A DNA stretch of 32,000 bases from Acidothermus cellulolyticus 11B (GTDB taxonomy: Bacteria > Actinomycetota > Actinomycetes > Acidothermales > Acidothermaceae). The notes below the pieces were generated by a model that was given only the letters and a program-made list of their open reading frames with translations, ran no database searches and was not told where the DNA came from. The stretch is from assembly GCF_000015025.1 (NCBI RefSeq), contig NC_008578.1, forward strand, positions 780,001 through 812,000, given 5' to 3'. A program made the translations under genes and the position numbers. The number at the start of each line of letters is the position of its first letter. Within the stretch, counting starts at the first letter, position 1. This document shows positions 1-9,020 of this stretch, in pieces.

Positions 1-1
1 G

Positions 2-865
2 AAGATGGGCCGCCGGGTGCTGCCGCCCGGCCGACTGGCCGAGCTCGGCCGGGTGAGCCACGCGATCGCGGAGGTCGCGAACCAGCCGCCGCGGGCCAAC
101 CAGCCGTACGTGGGGCTCTCGGCGTTCGCGCACAAGGCCGGCCTCCACGCCTCGGCGATCAAGGTGTCACCGGATCTCTACCAGCACATCGACCCGGCCT
201 TGGTCGGCAACGACATGCGGATGCTCGTCTCGGAGATGGCCGGCCGGGCCAGTGTCGAGTTGAAGAGCCGCCAGCTCGGCTTTGACCTGTCCGGTCAGCG
301 TGATGCGGTGAGCCGGATCGTCGAGCGGGTGAAGAATCTCGAAGCACGCGGGTTCATGTTCGAAGCCGCCGATGCCTCCTTCGAATTGCTGCTCCGTGAA
401 GAGCTTGACGGCGTCCCGACCCGGTTCTTCGACCTGGAGTCCTGGCGGGTCATCGTTGAGCGACGCGCGGACGGCGAGGTGGTCTCGGAGGCCACCGTGA
501 AGGTGGTGGTCAAGGGGGAGCGGATCGTCGCGACCGCGGAAGGCAACGGCCCGGTGAACGCGCTGGACCGGGCGTTGCGGCAGGCGCTGGAGCGGCTGTA
601 CCCGCAGCTTGCCGAGCTCGAACTCGTCGACTACAAGGTCCGCATCCTGGACGGCTCGCACGGCACCGGCGCGGTGACCCGGGTGCTGATTGAGACCAGT
701 GACGGCGAGACCGAGTGGACGACGATCGGCGTCGACGGCAATGTGATCTCCGCTTCCTGGCAGGCCTTGGACGACGCGTACATGTACGGCTTGCTGCGTC
801 AGCACGCCGGCTCGGGCGACCCGGCTGCCCAGGGGGTGTCAACCGCCGGTCCGCGGACTCGATAG
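2..865 (+). CDS. cimA: (R)-citramalate synthase / 2-isopropylmalate synthase family, C-terminal part (5' end lies outside the window)
   Basis: The open frame runs from the window edge to TAG at 863-865. The translation contains SAFAHKAGLHASAI, typical of the end of the HMGL-like catalytic barrel. It also has a LeuA-dimer-type regulatory C-terminus (GNGPVNALDRALRQAL ... DYKVRILD ... THGTGAVTRVLIE). Position upstream of FAH-gltX is typical of actinobacteria. The choice between cimA and leuA-type is from memory of family features. Confidence 0.7.
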   Translation, partial: KMGRRVLPPGRLAELGRVSHAIAEVANQPPRANQPYVGLSAFAHKAGLHASAIKVSPDLYQHIDPALVGNDMRMLVSEMAGRASVELKSRQLGFDLSGQRDAVSRIVERVKNLEARGFMFEAADASFELLLREELDGVPTRFFDLESWRVIVERRADGEVVSEATVKVVVKGERIVATAEGNGPVNALDRALRQALERLYPQLAELELVDYKVRILDGSHGTGAVTRVLIETSDGETEWTTIGVDGNVISASWQALDDAYMYGLLRQHAGSGDPAAQGVSTAGPRTR

Positions 866-874
866 CGTCGGGGC

Positions 875-1678
875 GTGCGCATCGCGAGATTCGCGCCGGG
901 ACCCGACGGAGGCGGCTTCGCCTTCGGCGTGGTGGAAGGCGAGCAGGACAGCGCGCAGGTCCGGCTGATTGACGGGCATCCGTTCGGCGAATTGCGGCTG
1001 ACCGATATTCGCCGGCCGCTCGCCGACCTGCGTCTCGTCGCACCGGTCCTGCCCAGCAAAGTGATCGCCGTTGGCAAGAATTACGCGGATCACGCCCGGG
1101 AGATGGGCGGGGAACCACCCGACCAGCCAGTGATCTTCCTCAAGCCGTCGACCGCGGTGATCGGACCGGGGTCGCCCATCGTCTATCCCAGCCAACTGTC
1201 CGCGCGGGTCGATTACGAGGGTGAGCTGGCCGTCGTCATCGGCCGGCTGTGCCGCAGTGTCCCGGTGTCGCGGGCGCACGAGGTGATCCTCGGGTATACG
1301 TGCGGCAACGACGTCACAGCCCGTGATCTCCAACAGCGTGACGGCCAGTGGACCCGGGCGAAGAGCTTTGACACGTTCTGCCCCTTGGGCCCGTGGATTG
1401 AGACCGAGGTCGACCCGTCGGATCTCGAGGTGATGACCACCGTGAACGGGGAGGTGCGGCAGCGGGCGCGGACGTCGTCCCTCGTGCACGGAGTAGCCGA
1501 GCTGGTGGCGTTCATCAGCGCGGTCATGACGCTTCTGCCGGGCGATGTGATCCTCACCGGGACGCCCGCCGGCGTCGGCCCGGTCCAGCCGGGAGACGAC
1601 GTGACGGTCACCGTCGAGCGGATCGGGTCGCTCACCAATCCGGTGGTGGCGTCCAAGCTGGAGGAGGTGCCGGCGTGA
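875..1678 (+). CDS. fumarylacetoacetate hydrolase (FAH) family protein (2-keto-4-pentenoate hydratase / HpcE-like)
   Basis: GTG start at 875. FAH-family motifs GKNYADHAREMG, VDYEGELAVVIG and GDVILTGTPAGVG are present. The stop overlaps the gltX start (GTGA at 1675-1678). Confidence 0.85.
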   Translation: MRIARFAPGPDGGGFAFGVVEGEQDSAQVRLIDGHPFGELRLTDIRRPLADLRLVAPVLPSKVIAVGKNYADHAREMGGEPPDQPVIFLKPSTAVIGPGSPIVYPSQLSARVDYEGELAVVIGRLCRSVPVSRAHEVILGYTCGNDVTARDLQQRDGQWTRAKSFDTFCPLGPWIETEVDPSDLEVMTTVNGEVRQRARTSSLVHGVAELVAFISAVMTLLPGDVILTGTPAGVGPVQPGDDVTVTVERIGSLTNPVVASKLEEVPA

Positions 1679-3189
1679 CCGTCCGAGTCCGGGTGGCGCC
1701 GTCGCCGACCGGCGACCCGCACGTCGGGACGGCGTACATGTCGCTGTTCAACCTGGCCTTCGCGCGCCGGCACGGCGGCGCGTTCGTGCTGCGGATCGAG
1801 GACACCGACCGGTCGCGGTACGTCGCCGACAGTGAGCAGCAGATTTTCGACTCCCTCCGGTGGCTTGGCCTGGACTGGGATGAGGGTCCCGACAAGGGCG
1901 GGCCGTACGGTCCGTACCGGCAGTCGGAGCGGCTGGACACCTACCGCCCGTACGTCGACCAGCTCCTCGCTTCCGGGCACGCGTACTACTGCTGGTGTTC
2001 GCCGGAGCGGTTGGCGGCGATGCGCGAGGAGCAGCAACGCCGCCGGCAGCCGCCGGGGTATGACCGGCTCTGCTACGGCAAGACCCGCGAGGAGCGGGCC
2101 CGGCTCGGCGGGTTCAGCGAGCGGCCCGTGGTGCGGATGCTCATTCCGGACGACGTCCCCCTCACCTTTCCCGATCTGATCCGCGGCCAGGTGTCGGCGC
2201 CGCGTCCCGACGATCAGGTGATCCTGAAGGCGGACGGCTTTCCCACCTACCATTTCGCCGTCGTCGTGGACGACCACTTGATGGCGATCACCCACGTGGT
2301 GCGCGGCGAAGAATGGATCAGCTCGACGCCGAAACACCTTCTGCTGTATGACTGGCTCGGCTGGCCCCGGCCGCAGTTTGCGCACATGCCGTTGCTCCGC
2401 AACCCCGACAAGTCGAAAATCTCCAAGCGGAAGAATCCGGCTGCGCGGTTGCTGTGGTTCAAGGAACAGGGGTATCTGCCGGAGGCGTTGCGGAATTTCC
2501 TTGCGCTCATGGGATATTCGATGCCCGACGGCCGGGAGGTTTTCTCCTTCGACGAGATGGTCGCGGAATTCGACTGGTCCCGGGTGAATCCGGTCGGTCC
2601 CGTGTTTGACGTCACGAAATTGGATTGGCTGAACGGGCATTACATCCGGTCGCTCCCGGTCGACGACCTTGCGGAGCGGTTGATCCCGTATTTGCAGGAG
2701 GCCCGGCTCATCGGCACCCCGGTGACCCCGCGGGAGGACGCCCTGCTGCGGGCGGCGGCCCCCCTGGTGCAGGAACGGATCGCACACCTCACCGAGGCGG
2801 CGGAGCTTCTCGCCTTCCTCCTACGCCCCGAGGAGGAGTTCGGCATCGAACCGGACGCCGCGCAGCGGGTGCTCGGCCGTGATGCCGCGGCGTCGCTCCG
2901 GGCCGCAATCGACGCGCTTGAGCCGCTGGCTGACTGGACGGCGTCCGCGATCCATGCCGCGCTGCAGGCCGCTCTGGTCGACGGGTTGGGCCTCAAGCCC
3001 CGGCATGCTTTCACGCCGGTTCGGGTTGCGATCACCGGCCGGACGGTGTCGCCGCCGCTGTTCGAGTCGATGGAACTTCTGGGCAGGGACCGCAGTCTGG
3101 CCCGCCTGCGGCGCGCCGCGGCGATCGCCGATGCGGGTGGGGCTGATTCCGCGGGTGTCGGCCCGGGCAGCGCGGTGCGCACCGACTGA
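1675..3189 (+). CDS. gltX: glutamate--tRNA ligase
   Basis: Class I aaRS signatures: HIGH-type APSPTGDPHVGTA near the N-terminus and KMSKS-type KISKRK. Full-length 504 aa. The GTG start is coupled to the upstream gene and the gene is followed by tRNA-Gln and tRNA-Glu. Confidence 0.95.
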   Translation: MTVRVRVAPSPTGDPHVGTAYMSLFNLAFARRHGGAFVLRIEDTDRSRYVADSEQQIFDSLRWLGLDWDEGPDKGGPYGPYRQSERLDTYRPYVDQLLASGHAYYCWCSPERLAAMREEQQRRRQPPGYDRLCYGKTREERARLGGFSERPVVRMLIPDDVPLTFPDLIRGQVSAPRPDDQVILKADGFPTYHFAVVVDDHLMAITHVVRGEEWISSTPKHLLLYDWLGWPRPQFAHMPLLRNPDKSKISKRKNPAARLLWFKEQGYLPEALRNFLALMGYSMPDGREVFSFDEMVAEFDWSRVNPVGPVFDVTKLDWLNGHYIRSLPVDDLAERLIPYLQEARLIGTPVTPREDALLRAAAPLVQERIAHLTEAAELLAFLLRPEEEFGIEPDAAQRVLGRDAAASLRAAIDALEPLADWTASAIHAALQAALVDGLGLKPRHAFTPVRVAITGRTVSPPLFESMELLGRDRSLARLRRAAAIADAGGADSAGVGPGSAVRTD

Positions 3190-3341
3190 GGAGGGTTCGA
3201 CAGCGCGGCCGCACGTAGGAGCCCGCCGTGTCGTGGTCCCGGCCTGGTGCGGAGAGTGGCGGCAGCCGGAGGGGCACGGGTGTGGCGGTACTCCGTCTCC
3301 TCGTCGGTTACACTCGACCTGCGGCCGGTGCGCCGGTCCGA

Positions 3342-3416
3342 TGGGGTATGGGGTAATTGGCAGCCCGGCGGATTCTGGCTCCGCTAGTCTAGGTTCGAGT
3401 CCTGGTACCCCAGCCA
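3342..3416 (+). tRNA. tRNA-Gln (anticodon CTG), CCA encoded
   Basis: Hand-folded cloverleaf. Acceptor TGGGGTA/TACCCCA, D stem GGGT/GCCC, anticodon stem GCGGA/TCCGC with loop TTCTGGC, T arm CTAGG-TTCGAGT-CCTGG, discriminator G plus CCA. Confidence 0.9.
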
Positions 3417-3483
3417 GCCGGTGATGATCCGGTGATGCGCGGCGTCGGGTCGCGGGCGTCGCGGTGGATGTCGCAAGAAATTC

Positions 3484-3559
3484 GGCCCCGTAGTCTAGCG
3501 GCCTAGGACGCCGCCCTCTCAAGGCGGTAGCGCCGGTTCGAATCCGGTCGGGGCTACCA
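3484..3559 (+). tRNA. tRNA-Glu (anticodon CTC), CCA encoded
   Basis: Hand-folded. Acceptor GGCCCCG/CGGGGCT (one G-U pair), anticodon stem CCGCC/GGCGG with loop CTCTCAA, T loop TTCGAAT, discriminator A plus CCA. Confidence 0.9.
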
Positions 3560-3592
3560 TCGCACGGTTGAGCCTCTTGCGCTGGTGCGTCG

Positions 3593-4096
3593 TCACCGCG
3601 TGATGTCGCCAATGGATATCTGCCGGCGAACCTGTTCGATGAACAGCGCCCGTACCGGCGAGGGAGCCCCGTTGGTCGCGCGGCCGTCGGCGGCCTGGTC
3701 ACGGGTGGCACGAGGTCCGGCAAGTCCCACCCACAGCGCCAGGGCGATGACGACCACCTCGCACGCCAATGACACCAGACCCAGCAGGTCTTCCGGTGCC
3801 GAGATCCAGCCTTCCCGATATCCGCCGGGCAATCCAATAGTGCGGCTCGCGAGGAAAGCGCCGAATTCGACCGCCGACGTGGCGGCGGCCAACAACCAAC
3901 CCACCACGTGCAGGCGCGCACTCATCAGGAAGAGCATCGCGGCGAAGAGCGCGGCGTTTCCGATCGTGAATAGGACGCCGATGTAGAACTTCTCCTCCAA
4001 GTGCATCGGGGTGAGCGCGACATGAATGCCGATAGTGAGTTCCATCGCAACCCATGCGATCCACCTGCCTGCGCGCGTGATCCATTGTGATGTCAT
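3593..4096 (-). CDS. hypothetical integral membrane protein (about four hydrophobic helices)
   Basis: This is the C-terminal two thirds of ORF 3593..4396. The Arg/Pro-rich N-terminal 100 codons look non-coding, so the start is placed at ATG 4096 (MTSQWITRAGRWIAWVAMELTIGIHV...). Several long hydrophobic segments are present. No family was recognised. Confidence 0.5.
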   Translation of the reverse strand: MTSQWITRAGRWIAWVAMELTIGIHVALTPMHLEEKFYIGVLFTIGNAALFAAMLFLMSARLHVVGWLLAAATSAVEFGAFLASRTIGLPGGYREGWISAPEDLLGLVSLACEVVVIALALWVGLAGPRATRDQAADGRATNGAPSPVRALFIEQVRRQISIGDITR

Positions 4097-4220
4097 GACA
4101 GGCGCTTCCCTTCGGTGACGGCGTACCGGTGCGGCGGCACCTATCCATTGCTTCGCAGGGGTGCCGCATTGCGGTTCAACCGTCGTCGGGACGTGCGTAG
4201 CCGGCGGTTGTGCGTCGCCT

Positions 4221-4286
4221 GCTGTACCGGCGGGGAGCGCGCGGTCGGCGAGTGCGCCGTGCTGTACCGCCGGGGAGCGCGCCGTC
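4221..4286. repeat. two copies of a 26-bp direct repeat (GCTGTACCGSCGGGGAGCGCGCSGTC) 40 bp apart, intergenic
   Basis: 4221-4246 and 4261-4286 differ at 2 positions. They are followed by a 14-bp perfect palindrome GCGCTGCGCAGCGC at 4337-4350, which abuts the stop of the kinase gene. Confidence 0.8.
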
Positions 4287-4349
4287 TGCTGCGTCCCCGG
4301 GGGTGTGCCGCGCAGCCGGCGGGTGAGCCGTCTGCTGCGCTGCGCAGCG

Positions 4350-4991
4350 CTAGCGGGACACGATGACGACATCGGCCCGGTCGCGGGTCTGCGCAATCAG
4401 CCGGGCGTTTCGTTCGTCGTTCTCCTCGACCCACGCCTCCGCGGCGTCCCGGTCGCGGCCAAACCGAATGTGCCGTTCGACCAACCGGCGGATGCGGACC
4501 GCGTCATCGAGGTCGATGTACCAGATTTCGTCAAGCAGTTCTCTGATGTCGCACCATGGCTCATCGTCGAGCAGGAGGTAGTTGCCCTCCGTAATGACAA
4601 GCTGCGTGCCGCGCGGAACGGGAATTGCCCCGGCGATGGGTTCTTCCAGGTCACGCCGGAATTCCGGTGCGTACACGACCGGCTCCGTCGCCGCCCGCAG
4701 GCGGTGGAGCAAGGCGCGGTAGCCGTAGCTGTCGAAGGTCTGCGGCGCGCCTTTCCGCCGGTCGATGCCGAGCCGCCGCAATTCCCGCTCCGCCAAGTGA
4801 AAGCCGTCCATCGGGACGAGGGCTGCGTCGCCGAGGGCGGCGCACAGGTGCTCCGCGAGTGTTGATTTTCCGGCACCCGGCGGACCGGTGATGCCAAGAA
4901 TTGCCCGCGATCCACGGGCGGCCAAGCTGCGGGCGCGGTTGACGAGCCAGTCGAGCTCCGCTCCCACCTGCAGGGGACGCCGGTCGGCCAT
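4350..4991 (-). CDS. P-loop nucleoside/nucleotide kinase family protein (uridine/pantothenate-kinase-like, FrcK-like), last gene of the ABC operon
   Basis: Walker A GPPGAGKSTLAEHL. 213 aa. ATG at 4991 lies 1 nt after the stop of the upstream ATPase gene. Confidence 0.75.
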   Translation of the reverse strand: MADRRPLQVGAELDWLVNRARSLAARGSRAILGITGPPGAGKSTLAEHLCAALGDAALVPMDGFHLAERELRRLGIDRRKGAPQTFDSYGYRALLHRLRAATEPVVYAPEFRRDLEEPIAGAIPVPRGTQLVITEGNYLLLDDEPWCDIRELLDEIWYIDLDDAVRIRRLVERHIRFGRDRDAAEAWVEENDERNARLIAQTRDRADVVIVSR

Positions 4992-4992
4992 C

Positions 4993-5766
4993 TCAGGCGG
5001 CGGCGGCGCCGGTCATGATGGCCACCACCTCAGGCATGGAGTGCGACTGCGGGGTGACGACAGCGACCCGCCGGCCCAGACGCTGAATGTGAATGCGGTC
5101 CGCAAGCCGGAAGACGCTTGGCATGTTATGGCTGATGAGGACGACGGCCAACCCTCTCGCCCGCAGCATGCGAATCAAATCCTCCACGTGAGCGGCTTCG
5201 CGGACGCCGAGCGCCGCCGTCGGCTCGTCGAGGATGATGACTTTGCTGCCGAACGCCGCTGCCCGGGCGATGGCGACCGCTTGTCGCTGCCCACCGGAGA
5301 GCACTTCGACCCGCTGCGTGATGTCTTGCAGCGTTTCGATGCCGAGATTCCGGACGTACTCCTCGGCGAGCCGGCGCATCGTCCCGATGTCCAGCATGCG
5401 GAATATCCGGCCGAAAAGGTCGCGGCGGCGCAATTCCCGGCCGAGGTAGATGTTGCTCGCGATGTCGAGGGCAGGGCTCACCGCAAGGCTCTGGTACAGC
5501 GTCTCAATGCCGGCGTGCCGTGCCTGCAGGGGATCCTTGAATCGGACTTCGGCCCCGTCGAAGAAGATGTGTCCGTCGTCCGGCGTTATCGCACCGGAGA
5601 GGCACTGGATCAGGGTGGATTTCCCTGCACCGTTGTCTCCGATGACGGCGAGCACTTCGCCGGGGTAAAGTTCGAAATCCGCGCCGCGCAGGGCCTCGAC
5701 GTGCCCGAAGACCTTCACCAGTCCGGTCGCGGCGAGCACCGGGGTGCGGGTTGTCTGTTGGCTCAC
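4993..5766 (-). CDS. sugar ABC transporter ATP-binding protein (single NBD, FrcA/RbsA-half-like)
   Basis: Walker A GDNGAGKST, signature LSGGQRQ, Walker B VIILDEPTAAL. The start is placed at GTG 5766, which forms a GTGA overlap with the permease stop. An alternative GTG lies at 5790. Confidence 0.85.
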   Translation of the reverse strand: MSQQTTRTPVLAATGLVKVFGHVEALRGADFELYPGEVLAVIGDNGAGKSTLIQCLSGAITPDDGHIFFDGAEVRFKDPLQARHAGIETLYQSLAVSPALDIASNIYLGRELRRRDLFGRIFRMLDIGTMRRLAEEYVRNLGIETLQDITQRVEVLSGGQRQAVAIARAAAFGSKVIILDEPTAALGVREAAHVEDLIRMLRARGLAVVLISHNMPSVFRLADRIHIQRLGRRVAVVTPQSHSMPEVVAIMTGAAAA

Positions 5767-6788
5767 TGTCGGGTCTCCCCTCGAATCCACCGGTCGACGC
5801 TCACCGCCGCGATGACCAGCAGTCCTTCGGCAAGTTGCTGGTAGAGCTCCTGGACGCCGGCCAAGGCAAGCCCGTTCTGGAAGACCTGAACGATGAGCGC
5901 GCCGAGGAGGGTGCCCAGGACTGCGCCGCGTCCGCCGAACAGACTCACCCCACCGATGACGACGGCGGTGATGCTGTCGAGATTCAACGTCGGCGAAATG
6001 TTGGTGCTTGCGCTGCTCACCCGGCCGATCTGCACCCAGCCCGCGACGCCGTAAATGAGACCGGCGATGAGGTAAACGCTGAGCAGCACTCGGCTGGCGT
6101 GAATTCCGGAGAGCCGGGCGGCTTCGATGTCGTCACCGACGGCGTACACGTGCCGGCCCCACGCCGTCCGGCCCAGAATGTACGCGAATGCCAGGTAGAA
6201 CACGAGCATGGTGACGACGCCGGTGGTGATCCGGAAACTCCCGGCGCCGAAGAGTTTTCCGGACCAGAGCAGGATGCTCGACTGCGGCGGATTCACCGTC
6301 TGCCCGTTGGCGTACTTAAGGCCGGCGGCGGTGAAGACACCGAGGGTGCCGAGGGTGGCGATGAACGGCGGTACGCGCAGCCGGGTGACGAGAAAGCCGT
6401 TCGCCAGCCCGGTGAGCAGAGCGACGAGCAGGCCGATCACCAGCGCAAGACCGGCGGGGACGCCGCTGTTGACTTCGGTGCCGGCCATCACCATCTGCGC
6501 CAGAATCATCGCCGCGCCGACGGACAAATCGATTCCGGCGGTGAGGATGATGATGGTCTGACCGAGGGCCAGCAAACCAATGACCGCGACTTCTTGCAGC
6601 ATGATGGAGAGGTTTGCCGGGCTGAAGAACCGCGTATTGATGAGCCCAAACACGACCACCGACACCACGAGCACCACGAGGGGCCCGAGGGTCGGGTGGG
6701 CGCGGAGTATTTCACGAGCTGAGGCCGAGCGACGGCGCCCGAGCGGAGTGGTCCGTTCGGGCGCCGTCGCGGTGCGAGGTTCCGTCAC
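5763..6788 (-). CDS. sugar ABC transporter permease (RbsC/FrcC-type, branched-chain/monosaccharide permease family)
   Basis: 341 aa, multi-pass hydrophobic. Typical motifs ILTAGIDLSVGA and VIGGVSLFGGRG. GTG start 6 nt after the binding-protein stop. Confidence 0.85.
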   Translation of the reverse strand: MTEPRTATAPERTTPLGRRRSASAREILRAHPTLGPLVVLVVSVVVFGLINTRFFSPANLSIMLQEVAVIGLLALGQTIIILTAGIDLSVGAAMILAQMVMAGTEVNSGVPAGLALVIGLLVALLTGLANGFLVTRLRVPPFIATLGTLGVFTAAGLKYANGQTVNPPQSSILLWSGKLFGAGSFRITTGVVTMLVFYLAFAYILGRTAWGRHVYAVGDDIEAARLSGIHASRVLLSVYLIAGLIYGVAGWVQIGRVSSASTNISPTLNLDSITAVVIGGVSLFGGRGAVLGTLLGALIVQVFQNGLALAGVQELYQQLAEGLLVIAAVSVDRWIRGETRQ

Positions 6789-6794
6789 TGGAGC

Positions 6795-7949
6795 TCATCC
6801 CCAGCAGCTGGACTTCGCTTGGTCCGGGGTGACACTGTCCACCCCTGGTTGCGGTTGAGCGGTGATCAGCTGGACGCCGGTGTTGATGAAGTCCTTGCCC
6901 GCCGGCATGCTCGGTTTCGCACCGGTCTTCGCGAACTGCGCAATGGCGTCGACGCCGAGCTGTGCCATCTTGCCCGGGAACTGCCCCGAGTCCGCTCCGA
7001 TCTCCCCACTGGTGAGGAGGGACAGGTAGTTGCAGCTTCCGTCGATGGTCACGATCGTCACGTCTTTGCCGGGGGTCTTGCCGGCGTTCTTCAGGGCTTG
7101 CGCCGCCCCCTTGGCCGCCGGCTCGTTGATGGTGTAGACGACATTGATGTTCGGGTCCTTCGACAGACAGGTCTCCATTGCCGACAGACCCCCAGTCGCG
7201 GAACCGTTGGTGGGTAGCTGACATGCGATCTTATAGCTGCCGCCCTTCCCCCCGGTGTAATGACCGGACTTGGGCTCTTGCCCGTTCACGTTGGGATTGC
7301 CGACCGGGATGCCCATGCCTTGGAGGAAGCCATGGTCCCGGTCGACGTCCACTGTGATCACCTGATTGGCGAGGTCGTCCAGCATGGCGATGTCGGCGTT
7401 GGCGCCGTTCAGCTTCTGCGCCATCCACTTGCCGATGAACAGGCCGGCCTGCAGGTTGTCGGTCGCGTAGGTGACGTCCGCGATGCTCGCCGGGATCGGC
7501 GGCGTGTCGACGACCACGACCAGGAGCCCGGCGGCTTTCGCGCGTTGCAAGGCGGTGTTCACCGCGTCGCTGTTGATGGCAATGATGATGCCCTTGTAAC
7601 CCGCGGAGATCGCGGCGTCGATCTGCTGAATCTGGGACGTGGCGTCATCGTCCGCCTTGCCGGCCGAAACGTGGAGATCCACGCCGAGCTTCGCCGCCTC
7701 GGCCTTCGCGGCATTCTCCATCGAGATCCAGTACGGGTTGGTGAACTCCTTGAGGATGAGTGCGGCCTGGATCTTGCCGCCGCCCGCGCCCCCTGCGCCG
7801 GCGCTGGCGGACGCCGCGCTCGTGTTCGCGGCCGGTGCGCCGGAGCTCGACGACGGCGAGGAGCTCTTGGAGCTGCTGCAGGCTGCGAGGACCAGGCTGG
7901 CGGCGGCCGCCACCGCGCTCACCGCGACGAGCCGGGATCTTCCTTTCAT
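6795..7949 (-). CDS. sugar ABC transporter substrate-binding lipoprotein (periplasmic binding protein type I)
   Basis: ATG at 7949 is preceded by GGAGG (7954-7958). Signal peptide with lipobox LVLAAC followed by a Ser-rich linker. PBP type I-like body (FTNPYWISMENAAK, GIIIAINSD). Confidence 0.85.
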   Translation of the reverse strand: MKGRSRLVAVSAVAAAASLVLAACSSSKSSSPSSSSGAPAANTSAASASAGAGGAGGGKIQAALILKEFTNPYWISMENAAKAEAAKLGVDLHVSAGKADDDATSQIQQIDAAISAGYKGIIIAINSDAVNTALQRAKAAGLLVVVVDTPPIPASIADVTYATDNLQAGLFIGKWMAQKLNGANADIAMLDDLANQVITVDVDRDHGFLQGMGIPVGNPNVNGQEPKSGHYTGGKGGSYKIACQLPTNGSATGGLSAMETCLSKDPNINVVYTINEPAAKGAAQALKNAGKTPGKDVTIVTIDGSCNYLSLLTSGEIGADSGQFPGKMAQLGVDAIAQFAKTGAKPSMPAGKDFINTGVQLITAQPQPGVDSVTPDQAKSSCWG

Positions 7950-8207
7950 CACGCCTCCGGTGTGGGTATGGTTGCGAATACGCCGGAACTCTAGGCCGTA
8001 TCCGTTGGAAGCGCAAGGGTTTGTGTTGAAATCGTTGTAATCCGTCGGACACACCCGCGGGACAGCGCTGCCTTAGTTGACAGTGCCACGGATTCGGGCA
8101 GACACTGGGGCCAGCGTGTGTGGTTTCCGGTCAGCGGGAGTGCGTCGGGTCAGCGGCCTGCGAACGATCGCGGACACAAGCCGTCGACGGCGGAGCGAGG
8201 AGGACGG

Positions 8208-8969
8208 GTGTACGCCGAGGAACGGCAGCTCTACATTGCCGAGCTCGCCCGAAAGGAGGGGCGGGTGGATGCCGCCGCGCTCGCCGAGCGGCTCAAGGTG
8301 AGCACGGAGACGATCCGGCGCGACCTGACCATCCTGGAGCGGCGGGGGCTCGTCCGGCGCACCCACGGCGGGGCGATACCGGTCCAGCGGCTCGGCTTCG
8401 ACCCCGCCCTCGGCATGCGCACGTCGGTGATGGTCGAAGAGAAGGAGCGGATCGGCAAGGCGGCCGTCGACTACCTGCCTGCCGAAGGAAGCATCCTCCT
8501 CGACGCCGGAACGACGACCGCCGCGCTGGCCGAGCACATTCCCGGCGACCGCCGGCTCACCGTGTTGACGAACAGCCCGCCGATCGCGCTGTCATTGGTC
8601 AACCGGCCGGACGTCTCGTTGTTCATGCTCGGCGGGGCATTGCGGCCGCGGAGTTTGTCCATTGTCGGCCCGTGGGCGAACCGTTCATTGGCCGATGTCT
8701 GCGTGGACGTCGCGTTTCTGGGCACGAACGGCCTGTCGGTTGAACGCGGGCTGACGACGACCGACCAGACCGAGGCGATGACGAAACAGGCCATGATTTC
8801 CGCCGCCCGGCAAGTCGTCGTCCTCTGTGACCATTCCAAAATCGGCGTCGACGACTTCTTTCATGTGGCGCCGCTCGCCGATGTCGACGTCGTCATCACC
8901 GACGACGGCTTGGACGCGGATTTGGCCGACGATCTCCGGAAAGTCGTGCCCCGGCTCGTGCTGGCGTGA
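8208..8969 (+). CDS. DeoR family transcriptional regulator
   Basis: N-terminal HTH (LAERLKVSTETIRRDLTILERRGLVRRTHGGA) and a DeoR C-terminal sugar-phosphate sensor domain. The start is placed at GTG 8208 after GAGGAGGA. The ORF is open from 8118. Confidence 0.85.
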   Translation: MYAEERQLYIAELARKEGRVDAAALAERLKVSTETIRRDLTILERRGLVRRTHGGAIPVQRLGFDPALGMRTSVMVEEKERIGKAAVDYLPAEGSILLDAGTTTAALAEHIPGDRRLTVLTNSPPIALSLVNRPDVSLFMLGGALRPRSLSIVGPWANRSLADVCVDVAFLGTNGLSVERGLTTTDQTEAMTKQAMISAARQVVVLCDHSKIGVDDFFHVAPLADVDVVITDDGLDADLADDLRKVVPRLVLA

Positions 8970-9020
8970 CGGCGTACGGCCGGTTGGGACCGGGTGCGAA
9001 AGGACGTCAGGAAAGGGGAC

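Noticed and set aside
3342-3559. The tRNA pair as an integration hotspot or genomic island border
   Set aside because: There is no integrase, no direct repeat of a tRNA 3' end and no mobile-element gene nearby. gltX-tRNAGln-tRNAGlu is conserved housekeeping synteny in actinobacteria.
8077-8105. TTGACA (8077-8082), an 18-nt spacer and GACACT (8101-8106 by hand count) as the DeoR-operon promoter, plus an AATCCGT/ACGGATT inverted repeat (8039-8045 / 8088-8094) as an operator
   Set aside because: The arrangement is plausible, but the -10 is weak and the 7-bp arms are short enough to occur by chance. It is not supportable without transcription start site data or conservation.
8994-9020. Longer N-terminal extensions of several ORFs, namely 8994 for the aldolase, 8118 for DeoR, 8054 for the binding protein, 18794 for HyfB-like, 20826 for the large subunit, 22373 for HyfF-like, 23187 for HyfE-like and 4396 for the membrane protein
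   Set aside because: The extensions are Arg/Pro-rich, overlap the upstream gene, or lack an SD. The internal starts chosen give canonical N-termini and 1-4 nt coupling overlaps, or good SD spacing.
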